Positions 53,124 to 64,000 of a stretch of DNA of 64,000 bases are shown one piece after another. The notes below the pieces were generated by a model. That model worked only from the letters and a program-made list of their open reading frames with translations, was not told the DNA's origin and ran no database searches. Source of the DNA: Catajapyx aquilonaris (taxonomy: Eukaryota); NCBI GenBank assembly GCA_000934665.2, contig KZ538038.1, positions 62,001 through 126,000 of the forward strand. Direction: 5' to 3'. How positions within the stretch are numbered: position 1 is the first letter of the stretch; each line of letters opens with the position of its first letter. Both the position numbers and the translations under genes were made by a program.

Positions 53124-56100
53124 TTATCGCAGCAGCTTTTGACTCGGACCATGATGGTTGCTGTTAATGTTTGGAGGACTGATAGCACGATAGCACAGTG
53201 TTGTCTCTGGCTAGGCACAAAGGGCTGGAGCCTTTCAGCACTTAGTGGCCCGTAATGACGACCGAGTATCATGTTTGTCACGCCCAATCACTTCCCGACA
53301 AAAAGATAGACCCACTCCATTGCAAATGACGTCATCAGAAGAAAAGAGCGCAATTACCCGTCATTACATACCAGCTATTGTCGACTCCGCACAAAAAAAA
53401 ATAATCGCATAGATATCGACCAGACTTTTAAAAAAAAAACAATGGCAAAAACTGAAGACTGAACAGAAAGACGATTAGTTGGGTATTAATGACGCGGCTA
53501 TTAAAACCAGCGTGCCATGTTATAGGATTTTTAGCAGGGGTGGGTGGAGTATGTGCGATTTTTTAGGGGAGGTACTGAAAGGCCCCGAAAATTAGCTCGA
53601 GTCACTTCACATGCGGGATGAACTCTTCTGCCATGACAGAGGTTATGGTAAAGAGATGGGAAGCCCAGGACCTGCAGCAAAAAAAAAGAGGGGACAAAGG
53701 AACACTCTAATTGACATGAGGAGGATTTATGGCCGTTTTATGTAGTGACATGGGAGTAGGTGCAGCTGGCTAATCGGCTTTCATTAAACTGCACCCGAAA
53801 CCCTTTTTCTCATCCACTTACCCCTCCCGGATTTTCATACCGAGTTTTTAATACCATTCACGCTACTTTTCAGATCATGCCTTTGGTGCGACTTGGCCGA
53901 CCCAAAAAATAAAAAAAAACACGGCCCCAACACAACCGGATTCCATCCAATTTCCCGATTGGCTTCGAAAGGGTGAGTGCATTTCCAGTTACTTTGTTAA
54001 GGACGTCATAATTCGTTTTTCCGCGAGAACCGCCAGAAGTGACGTAATAAGTTGGATGTATATCCCGGAAGCTTTCCTCTTTATCTGGCTGGATCACACG
54101 GCGGCTCATATTATAGTCTCAGCACATCAAAGCCGGTTGCCCCGGTAGCCATATTGCACGTTATTGCACGTTTAATTGCACCCAACATTTAATTTTGCGA
54201 CGGATTATTCCCAAATTGGCAAATTTTTGTTTACGTAAGCAATTATTTCCTTCCCATTAAGTTGAGCCTAATATGTGTGAAAATCTGACAATTTCAGTTC
54301 GGCTGAGGCAGAATAGAAACTACACGAACTGCTAAAGGGTACGAAGATTGGGCCTAAGTTAGCTGAAAGCCAATCACAACTTGAAATCCCTCACCCTTCG
54401 TGCGTGGGCGAGTTATTGCAGACTTTTCCAGCGAACTTGGGTCTCAGTTCATATACAGCTTGTGTATACAGTACTCTATTACAAGTTTGTAGTGGAAAAA
54501 TATGCCTATCAATATTTTTGGTCCCCTTTTAAAGAGCGGCCTAAATTTAAACCTGATCCCTATATAAATGGGCCTAAGGTCACATTGCTTTTCACTCATG
54601 GCCTCCAACGTCGAGAGTGTTTCACAACAACCATTTTCCACTTTGAACCCCCTTTTGTTTGGCACATTCCTCGAGAACGTCAAGCTCTGTACAAGTTGCC
54701 TGCAGCCAGGACGTAAGTAATCCTTAGTTATGGTTGTTGGAATTTCCCTTCAATTTCACTTGCAGGCGAGAAAATTAATTCCCTTTTCCTATCCCCCTGA
54801 GGAGAGGAGGTTAGTACATAAGGTTTTGGCGCTCTAATAACGTCCAGAACAGGCGGAGAGAGAGAGAGAACGAAGGAAAGGTTTGGCGCCTTCTCCTTTG
54901 AACAACCCCACCTCTTTTGTCTAGAGTAATTGGAAATAGGGAGGGTGTGGAATAAGGCGTGGGCGTGGTGTTGCCTGCAAAGTCATTGGATTTCTAGTGG
55001 CATTCCTCTCAGCTTCAAAACCCTTGGGTTTGGTCATGATTTTTGAGTCAACCCAGCAGGTGAAGGCCATAAGAAAAAAAAAAGCCAATTTCCATGCATC
55101 TGTGGCTGTCATTCGCTCCTACTGATATTTCCAGCACTCTTCTAACTTCCCAACCAATCATTTCCTGGAAATTCGGCAGAGAATTTTCGCTTCAGGGTCC
55201 TGAAGAATCGCTGATATGTGCGATGGCCATTTTTTCCTAGATGGCAGGGTTGGTCCTCTAAATAATTTATGACTGACATGTACACAGACTTGCTCACCGA
55301 AAAATTGTTAAATGTGCAAGTGTCGTTTTTTTTTCTCTGAACCACTTTTTCTTCCCAAGTATAATTTCCGCTGGTGTAATAAAATCCCAGCAATTCATAT
55401 AAGGCTGGTTACAAGCCCCCCCCCGGATTTCTGCATTTGCATGGTTGCAGCTTCCCCATTACAGGTTACCAGGTTTACTTGAACTGTGGCGTAATGAGAG
55501 CGGAATGGGAGTACGCGCGTTTTGCATCAGTTAATGAAACGACGATGGGGTGAGTTTTTCGCACATTTAGTTGCACTGGGATTCGCCAAATGCGACCGCA
55601 CCACTATACGTCTGTCCCCTTTTCATAAAGCACCCTATAAACTGCAAAAAATACTCGACGTAGCGTCATATTATTTATATTGTTACGCTCACTGGATGAC
55701 CCGTAAGTACTTTATTACATCACAGTGTGACTCGTTCGTAAAAATGGTGAAATTGCAATTCATCTGAACGAAGTTGTTACCTGGCACAAATTGCACTGCA
55801 ATGAAGTCATATTTAAAACAACTCCTCCCATAATTGGACAATCAGATTGCAAAATATAATTCTTCCAGGTTGTTACAATTACTGTCTTTGGGTTGGCACT
55901 TCCTTACCTGCCAACCGCAAGCTTGGGTGTAACCTATCAAGGTGAAACCTACTTCAGTTAATGAGAAAATAGTGTGACTTGGGTATAGCTTCAGGTTCAC
56001 TTGACTCAAGTTTCTAGACGGGTTCGCTCTAATCATGTCCGAATCCGATTTCCTGGCCAATAAATTCAAAGGACTTGAAGCTGCTCACACCCTGCGTACA

Positions 56101-57038
56101 TGTGTACCTGCTCGGCCAGAGAGAGAGAGAGAAAAAAAAACTTCAGAATCTAATGAAACCGACACTCTCTGAAAAGGTGAGGCGCAGGATCTGGAATGAA
56201 AACTGGCGGTTTTCTCATTTGCCTGGTAACGTTGACGTGCCCAGGCCTGTAAATAATCGTTACGTTGAGCTTAACCGCAGACAGAAGTAATGAAATAATC
56301 CTGTACCCCCCTCTCCCAGATTATGCAATCAACGGGACAAACGAATTAATCCTTATGTACACATTGATTTGATCTGTTCCTGTGTACACCAACGCACAAC
56401 AGATAAAAAAGAAATTATTGCGCAGGTTCCAATCAAGTTTTATACATTTTGAATTAATGTGACGCATGTTCCAGTTTACATTGCCCCATGGCACAATACT
56501 CATCAATTTTTTACACATTTAATCTGAATTTCATCAACCAGTTACAGTCGCAGTGGCGGCCAATTTGGATTGTATAGTTGTAGCTCATAATCAATCACCT
56601 TCAATCACCTTTTTTTTGTCTGTCTTCATTGCCTAGAGTCCCACTTTCTTTTCGGGCAATAAAGCCGAACAGTGTCGACTCCTAACGGCCACCAAACTCG
56701 GGATATCGAGTCACTCAAAATGTCGATTATTGGCTTTTTCCTACCTTTTTATACTTAAGCCGGTTCCCTTCGTGGCAAGGGAAGATAGACACGGATTGAT
56801 ACAATATTTCCTGATTTTATGGGCCCTTCTTCCTCGAAAACTCGAGGTTTTTTTTTTAAGAGAGGGAGACCCAGCAATATCTTCTGCCCCCCCAAAAAAG
56901 ACTCTTTGATCTCCTGACAGCGCCTCTCAAATGCATCCTTCTGATTGGATGCAGGCTAGCTATTTGGAACAGACTTCTCTTAAAGTAAGTGGCAGGGATG
57001 GAAGGTGGAGAAAAGGAAGTGGATGGGAAGGGCAAAAG

Positions 57039-57068
57039 GATGATGATGAAGAAGAAGAAGAAGAAGAA
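57039..57068 (+). repeat. (GAT)3(GAA)7 compound trinucleotide repeat
   Basis: Seen directly. It explains the DDDEEEEEEE run in the spurious ORF 56931-57140. Confidence 0.9.
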
Positions 57069-57405
57069 AAAAAAATCCTGCAAGAGGTTTTAAATCTCCC
57101 CCCTCTCAGTATTTTTTCAAGCCCTCCCTCAGATTATTGAATCACTTCAGACGATTCCGCAAACGCTTTTTTTTTTGGAGGTTGACATTTGAACATTTGA
57201 GTCTGCCAAATTTGGCGCAACTTTTTTTTGGATGCTTTTTTTTAAGCTAAAAACTTCCAGTTGGTGGGTGGAAAGGAGTGGAAGTTAAGTTAATTATCTG
57301 CCTGCTAATAAGTTTCGAGCTAATTTGCCTTCCCTTAGAGATTTTTTTAAAAAAATTGTGAGCTCTCATGTGACTTCTCGTGTATTTTTAAAAAAAAACC
57401 CTGTA

Positions 57406-57541
57406 TACAAGGTGAGTCACAAAAACCATATTAATCGTCCAACATAAGCAGTTATTAACTTTTAAAACATCAATACTTTTAACAGAGATATTGGAATCAT
57501 GTCTACAGCTCTACATCACGTAGATTTTGCGCCACCCTGTA
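57406..57541. mobile_element. Tc1/mariner-type mini element (MITE), about 132 bp plus TA flanks
   Basis: The left end is TA-CAAGGTGAGTCACAAAA and the right end reverse-complemented is TA-CAGGGTGGCGCAAAA. It is directly preceded by another right-end-like motif, aaaaccctgta (57395-57405). Confidence 0.55.
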
Positions 57542-58182
57542 TCCGCATGCAGTCAGCTATATTAAAATTAATTCGACGGCCAGTATTATGCCCAAAAACT
57601 TTCCACGTGAACGCACGACATGTAATGAAACGCGGCGTGCAGCAACTTCAAAAGATCATCCGCATAATATTAAAATTGATATTCAAAAAGGTTTAATTTC
57701 CCGACCTATGGAGGCGATCCACTAATTTTCCCCATTCCCATCAAAAACATTTACACTATTAGCTCTCTTTTTTATATGTAAATATGAGGCCATAATTATA
57801 CCATCTCCCATTGCATAATATTAAATCTGCGCATCATGTATCCATCCTCCTTGTATTGTACAACCAAAATCGTTAATATATTTGTTATTGTTACATTTAT
57901 TATTGAAATATAGCCATGTAGTGTTGTTTAATGCCACAATTGCGCTGATGTTTCTTAGCTATTTTTGGCTTCTTGACTGAAATTATCGACTGTCATATTT
58001 CCTTTGCTAAATGTAGCGCCATTGTGAAGCACCTTGTACATGTCCTGGGAGGTAGCCAGAGTTGCTGCCCCCTTTTCCTCTTTTGGCACTCTGCTCAGGC
58101 CAGATTTCCAGACAATGTGGGCAAGTCAAAGGCAAGCCAGCAGAAAGGCATGAGAGACCATAAATTCCCCTGTGGAGCGTCG

Positions 58183-58220
58183 TATATAAAGGGAGGAGGG
58201 GTTAGCACTACTTCCACAGA
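58183..58220 (+). promoter_or_regulatory. Candidate TATA-box promoter
   Basis: TATATAAAGGG at 58183 with a CA dinucleotide about 30 nt downstream (58215-58216). A CA-rich UTR-like stretch, an ATG and a splice donor follow. Confidence 0.35.
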
Positions 58221-58367
58221 CGGATTTAACTCCCTTGAAAACCGCAGAGCATCCCAACCACACACACACACACACACCCAACATCCACATCCGCACCCAC
58301 ACAGAGAGAGACACCAGTCGCCACCCACTTCTCGCAAATCCCTGTTTTCATTAGCAATATCCAGCCC

Positions 58368-58415
58368 ATGGTGTTGTCCACTACTCGAGAACATAGGTTA
58401 TCCGGACATGACTCG
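58368..58415 (+). CDS. Possible first coding exon (MVLSTTREHRLSGHDS), product unknown
   Basis: ATGG at 58368 is followed by 16 open codons, then the donor CG|GTACGT (phase 0), downstream of the TATA box. No homology recognised. Confidence 0.25.
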
Positions 58416-60800
58416 GTACGTAATTTAATAAAACCAATTGTCTACTTACTCAGGACCGGACTGGACCAGATGCTCTCAGGAGAAGGCCAGATGTGGCCTG
58501 CGAAGATGTACAGGGTCCCACTCTGCTATTAGAGCATGACTCAAATTATTTTTTTCTGTCCAACAAAGAAGTGTCTGTTGTACTAAAGCCCGAAATTAAG
58601 AGTCTCTCCAACCTTATTCGCAAGTGTCGGCATCTAATCCTTCTAAAAATGTGGGGTTTAATAACTGACTCGTAGCTGGCTCATATAGAAAATTCCGGCA
58701 TCTTGAGCACTTTATTGCATGTCGCCTACTAATACGTATATACGGTTGTTTTAATCACTGTATTAAGTTTCCAGATAATTAGATATCGCCTGGAAATGCC
58801 CGCACATTATTCTGAACGCTCAGTGATTAATCTGGACCGATTCTGGTCCAGCATCCGACCAGTCAACAGTGGATGCGGAAAATACAAGCAGGAGAGCAAT
58901 CAAACTGGCTCATTTACACTGCCACACGTAAACCGGACCTGGCCAACCGGTTTCTATAGGGTGGGCCAAACATTGGACGGAAGCAGACCAACAACGCAAT
59001 TAATGCTGGGTCCATTGCACCTCTGCATTTCTGGCGATCTACTCCTGGTACGCGGAGGAATTTCCTTTGAATCAATTGGCATTCCGGGAAGGGCATGGCC
59101 AAGGCTCGGTTCTCCTTTGGCTGTGACTCTTAGGACCCCTCCCACCCTTTTACACTCTGGACGAAAAAAAAAGGAGAAGAAGAGAAGAGCTCAGAAAGCA
59201 GTGTTCATTGGCATCCAGCTCACAGCATCCTTCCCCCGGTATCTCAGAGGCCACCCTAGGGCTCGTTAGGACGCCTCTCTTCTGCTGCCGAAAATCCTGG
59301 CGGGGCATCCATTCTCATTACGACCAGACTCATTTTCACTCCTGCTTCATCCAACGCCTTCATTCTCGCACCCAAAAAATGTACGTGGTGTGCGAAAGAG
59401 AGGGAAATTTTTTTTCATCACAATCAGAGGCTGACTGTTGGATCTGAAGAAGCCGAACCGGGTGATGCCTAGAGGAGCGTGACTACGATGTGATTTCGAG
59501 GTTCGAAATTTTATAGACGAGGTCCGAAGGCGCCGACAAGTTGGGCTCCATTTTCGCGGGTGATGGTAAGGATCAGCGGGCAAGTAGGACAGGACACCGG
59601 AGAAATGGAAGAATGGCCTCTTGGCATGCTACCTCGAGAAGAGAACAGCACTTCAAGAGATTCAATGAAAAAAGGAACAAAAAAATATTATAAAAATACT
59701 AGCGAACACTTTGCCAATTTGGCAACGCTTATCTTCCTTCTAATAAGCTATTTCTCTCCATCAGATGTTTGTCCGACCTGATCGTAACGCCTTGGAGGCC
59801 GATTTACCACATAGTACCATTCTTCAAGCATAGATGGCGCACCATTCCCCTGCACACTCCTGCCACTCTCAAGTCGTGCGGGTGATAGTGGTACTATCAG
59901 GTCGGACAAACATCCGACGGAGAGAATAAGCGGATTAGAAGGAGGATATGTATTTGTATGACTATACACAGTACCTCCGAGTAAATCGTCGCAATATTGC
60001 GTACCAGTTTTTCATGTAGATATAATCATATATGGGCAACTCGCGTTAAATTCGTTTTGCGAAAAAATAATGGGGGCCGTCCATTCAACATTCCGCGATA
60101 GTGGTTGTAACGGATGAGTATCATGCAGGTTTTAGGCCGGATCTGACCGCTTCCTGAGATCCCTGGCCTAGAAAATGCGACGTTGGTAATATCAGACTCG
60201 GAAGCTTCCAGAACCGTCGTACACAGGCGCCTATTTAAAAAAAATGGGAATTCGCCAAAAAAAAATGTGTGTTGAAGCCGGAGACCAACCGGCAGCAGCC
60301 ATGTCCGCAGGAAATAAGATTGCTGACACTATCAGGCCCACGCGACAAGCACCAGGCGGGTATATGCACCTCTCTTGTCATCGGATGCAGGTACACACGC
60401 ACACACATGCCAACACATACACACACAAGAGCAGTCCCGAAAAATCGATGCACCTGATGGGGAGGCTGCTCCTGAAACGTAAGCTGGCCGCAAAATATGA
60501 TCAATTTTCTACCCGGATTGCTCGCAGACCCCCTTCCATTCAGAGACTCGGGAGGGAATTACGCCCATGCTCATCAATTTGCCCGAATTTTTTTGCATGT
60601 GTCGGGAAGTGTGCTTCAGGCCTTCATGTTGCTCGGGGGTGCCAATATCAAGTACAACCTACGAATATGGCGGACACGAAATGCAATTACTCCGCGATAT
60701 ATGTCAGTATCAGTATTGACCGTCGATTTATTTCTGAAATGAATTACGTATAATAGAGGTCCAGATTTTGTATGGGATTTGGGAAATTTGTACACAAAAC

Positions 60801-61107
60801 TAGCTCAACCACACGTGTAAATAAGCATTACACCACTTTTCAGTACCAAAATGTCGCTTACCGATAAATTATCGCGAGTTTAAAAGCCACTCTCTAATAA
60901 TTGACGGGGAAACAGGGGACGTGGCCTAAAGGGCTCATTCCCACCCCTGCCCTCTGACGTTACTGTCATCAGACAGGAGCGAGAATGCGCCCTCTAGACC
61001 ACGCCCCCTTTTTCTCGCCAATTTGAGAGTGACTTTTAAACCCGCGATAATTTATCGAGGAGTGACATTTTGGTGTTGAATGCTTGTTTACATGTATGGT
61101 TGAACTA
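60801..61107. mobile_element. Fold-back MITE, about 307 bp, with long imperfect inverted arms
   Basis: Left end tagctcaaccacacgtgtaaataagcatt versus right end reverse-complemented tagttcaaccatacatgtaaacaagcatt. The inner arms also pair (gataaattatcgcgagtttaaaagccactctc with gagagtgacttttaaacccgcgataatttatc). TA lies at both outer ends, and a second partial copy is at 46005. Confidence 0.88.
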
Positions 61108-61277
61108 TCTGTATTAATATTTACTATTAATGTGACATTATTTCGATCATAGCTATAAAAAATACACATTTCTTCGACCAAACAAAAACTTCAAAATTAA
61201 TTTTAAAATAAGGACGATTTAATTCATGGTTTTGCAAAATGTAAGGCTATAGGAACCCATTATCCCCAGAAAGCAAT

Positions 61278-61312
61278 ATACCCTTGCAATACCCTTGTAT
61301 ACCCTTGCAATA
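61278..61312 (+). repeat. Short tandem repeat (ATACCCTTGCA)x3
   Basis: atacccttgca-atacccttgt-atacccttgca-ata. Confidence 0.85.
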
Positions 61313-62316
61313 AATGGCACAATTCGTTCATGAATTAAACACCTCATTACTGCAGATCAGAAGGATATAGTGTTAAGGGCTAGTTCAAAAGTTGCCCAAT
61401 GCCTGTTATGTTAACCGCAAGCTGAAACCAGTACATTAATTATTCTTTATGTGCACTTGTGCACTGTAAAACAGCCTGAAATTTCAGAGCTGGAGATGAG
61501 CACATGACTTGTAAATAAGGACGTTGAAAAAATCTCGCTGACTTTGCCAGCGATTTTCCTCGCAGAGATTTTCGCTGCGGTTGAAAAATGACTTGCCATT
61601 TCCCTACATACTGCCTAATTCATGGGATAGGATGAACAACAAAAAAAACCACAGTAATTCTCTCTGGTAATAAACTATGTATGACCTGTCCGGGCTGAAA
61701 AATACACTTTACATTACGTGACGTAAATATTAAATTGCACCATTTGGCTCAAATCGTTACTGAGAAAAATGGGCTATAACTACGAATATTCCGCAATACA
61801 TTTTCTTCTGGGAATGTTTTTTTTTTAATGCGGAAAAATCAACTTGGTGCCATTAACTCCATTAACTTGCACGCACGTCGTTGGCTCTCGCAGGAATTTA
61901 AAACAGAAGGAAGGAATCATAATTATAGTTGGAAGTCCCCCTCAGCTGAATAATTTATCCAGAGCACAGGAGCAAAGATTAGGAGCTCGATTTTGCAAAG
62001 TCGCATGGATTGGTCGAGTTTACGGTTGGGGTTTTTCCCCCGGAAAAAGGAAAATCTTCCGCATGAATTTTGCAGCACGTGCAGCCCTGCAGCGCTCGAT
62101 AAAAGGAGGGGGGGAAATACCTGTACCCACATCCAAATCATACGCAACGGTGGTACTGTATGAGAAGAGTTGCATGTATTTCGTCGCAAAAAAAAATCCG
62201 CACATGACGAATGCAAAAAAGATGTGTCCATTCAATCCGAATTTTTTGAAATATTTTGGGAGAATCTGCCACACCCTGTAGGGTACAGTTATCTCACTTT
62301 CTGGCCAAAAAGAGAT

Positions 62317-62367
62317 GGGGGGGGGGGGGGNNNNNNNNNNNNNNNNNNNNNNNNNNNNNNNNNNNNN
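62317..62367. other. poly-G tract followed by an assembly gap
   Basis: G14 (62317-62330) then 37 N (62331-62367). Confidence 0.97.
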
Positions 62368-62785
62368 AAATCCAACCGTGAGTTCTATTCGGATTCACCC
62401 CCCCCCCCCACTCTAATTATTATATGCCGGAGCCTGGTAGCTTTTGTCACAAGTGTCAATTAGAGCAGATAAAAATCGCCTATTTTAATCTCATTTCTGA
62501 TCGATTAGAATCCCCAATCCGACGCTTTTGCGGTCCGTAGCCCCAACATATCTGACCGATAATAATTAGCGTCTAAAAATTGGCTTATAGACAATATGTT
62601 CGTCATTTACGGTTAAATCGCCATTTGCACATACTGTACTGTAAGGAAAATGTTGCAGAACTTGGCCTGATGTTATGTGACAGCAGAATTTTAATATTAG
62701 CTCCTATTGTGCTCGACGGCCTTTTTTTTGCATTTGAAGAACCACTCTGATCGAGTTTTGCTGAAATGTGTTCCGATGTATGCAG

Positions 62786-62885
62786 GTACCGGTACCGAGG
62801 TTAAGGGCCTCTGGTGAAGGCAACGAGGCGGACATGTCAAGTGTGCGTATGGACGACGACAAGTTCCCTTTTGTCAGGAAAAGAG
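62786..62885 (+). CDS. Possible internal coding exon (VPVPRLRASGEGNEADMSSVRMDDDKFPFVRKR), product unknown
   Basis: A GC-richer open 100 nt segment between TGCAG| (weak pyrimidine tract) and AG|GTGCGG. Its phases (0 in, 1 out) fit the neighbouring candidate exons. Confidence 0.2.
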
Positions 62886-63977
62886 GTGCGGGGTCGATTT
62901 CGCGAGTCGGAGTTGGCGAAAATCACTTTTAGGCAGGACCCTTGGGGACCTTGCCCAAAACTCACATTGTCAGTCAGCAGCTAACCAAAAGAATGAATAA
63001 TACAACTTGAATCTACAGGGTGCTCCAGTAAACACTATTTTCTCCACTGAGCGTCCATCGGTAAGAAAAATATTGGCTGACATTATGTTGAGTGTCTATA
63101 CATCGTACTACACACGAGAAACTCTGCGCCTCTCCGTTTATTATAAATGAAGACAAAGAAAAACGACATTCTGCATCCGGATGTAAAATTTGCAATCCTG
63201 AGAGCCCTGATAACAAATGGTCCATCTCCTGCAGCAGGAATTCCATAATAATTTCACTTTTGTGATTGTCACGGACAGATTTTCACTTCCAGAAGTTTCT
63301 TTTTTCTCTCTCATTGGTGTCTTTTTGCTGCGTACTCAAAAGGGCCCCTTAAAAGTTCTTCAGAAAAATAAACTTTTAGCCATTAAAAGTCTTGCAAATT
63401 TCGAAAGTACTGCAGCATATCACAAATAGAGTTGCAGAGTTGGAGGTATACTGTTAAGAAACTGTTCAGTCAAGTTGAATAACAATCGTCACTACAATGT
63501 ACGAAATCAATTATTTTTAAAAAAATAAACACACTTTCTGCAATTTACTTGTTAAGCTTCACCAAATCGCAGTATTCAACTCCGCGGCAAAGGATGTTGC
63601 AAAAATTCTCAAGGCATATTTCATTTTGCCACATCTTCTCTCCTCCCCAATATTTGCAGGTGCCAGCTCATATAATACGGGCCCCTCCTAAAGATATATT
63701 CGTTTTGACGTTAAGTCGCTTCCCGTCTGGAAAACGTCAGTCAGGATTACCCTAGTCAACGAGACAGACACGGACCGAGATAAATGCATTCCCTCATTTG
63801 CAATTTCCCCCAACAATCACCCGATCCTGGAGAACGGCTCCATTGTTGACGCCATTTCTGTCAATTCATTACCTTGCTCTGAAAGCCTTCACGTCAAAAC
63901 GAACAGGCTTTTAGAGTTAAGGCTGCGCATTACTACCACCGCTTTTTGTTGATTTTTTTTTTCCTCCTTCATTCCAG

Positions 63978-64000
63978 ATGATATCGACCTCTTTGACATA
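63978..64000 (+). CDS. Start of a probable exon running off the window (phase-1 reading xAT-GAT-ATC-GAC-CTC-TTT-GAC-ATA = (D)DIDLFDI)
   Basis: Strong acceptor: branch-like TTGAT (63949-63953), a T-run plus CCTCCTTCATTCCAG ending at 63977. Only 23 nt of the exon are visible. Confidence 0.4.

Noticed and set aside
55684..55708. YAHWMT followed by GTAAGT, resembling a Hox hexapeptide exon end
   Set aside because: It is not YPWM, the upstream ORF has no Hox-like composition, and no homeobox is seen in the window.
59427..59565. Possible exon bounded by ...AATCAG| and ATG|GTAAGG
   Set aside because: There are stops in all three frames, so it could only be non-coding, and there is no other support.
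60206..60223. TTCCAGAACCGTCGTACA = FQNRRT, resembling homeodomain helix 3
   Set aside because: The invariant Trp is absent (Ser), upstream residues do not match a homeodomain, and a stop follows five codons later.
40..63755. All ORFs in the supplied six-frame track
   Set aside because: They are short (at most 189 aa), often start at TTG/GTG, overlap on both strands, are driven by homopolymers or microsatellites, and show no recognisable domain. This is consistent with random ORFs in eukaryotic non-coding DNA.

Overview
This is eukaryotic (metazoan, probably invertebrate or arthropod-like) genomic DNA of roughly 40% GC, and it is almost entirely non-coding. None of the supplied ORFs looks like a recognisable protein. 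I see no operons, rRNA, tRNA, CRISPR arrays or recognisable conserved microRNA, and no prokaryotic-type system. The window reads as the 5' regulatory and long-intron region of a plus-strand gene. It has a CpG-rich Inr-type promoter with a short non-coding first exon (about 5769-5988, strong GTAAGT donor). It also has a second TATA-type promoter with a possible first coding exon (about 58183-58415), and a strong splice acceptor at the very end of the window (63977/63978). These gene-model pieces are inferred from signals only. The best-supported features are small non-autonomous transposons: a complete about 295 bp Helitron (28802-29096), a about 307 bp fold-back MITE (60801-61107) with a truncated second copy (46005-46174), a Tc1/mariner-type mini element (57406-57541) and a decayed TTAA-flanked element (about 10.5-11.25 kb). 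The most striking sequence-level pattern is the enrichment of the Tc1/mariner end motif TACAGGGTG and of the heptamer TACTGTA/TACAGTA, which is the expected excision footprint of such elements. Long poly-G/C tracts coincide with assembly Ns.
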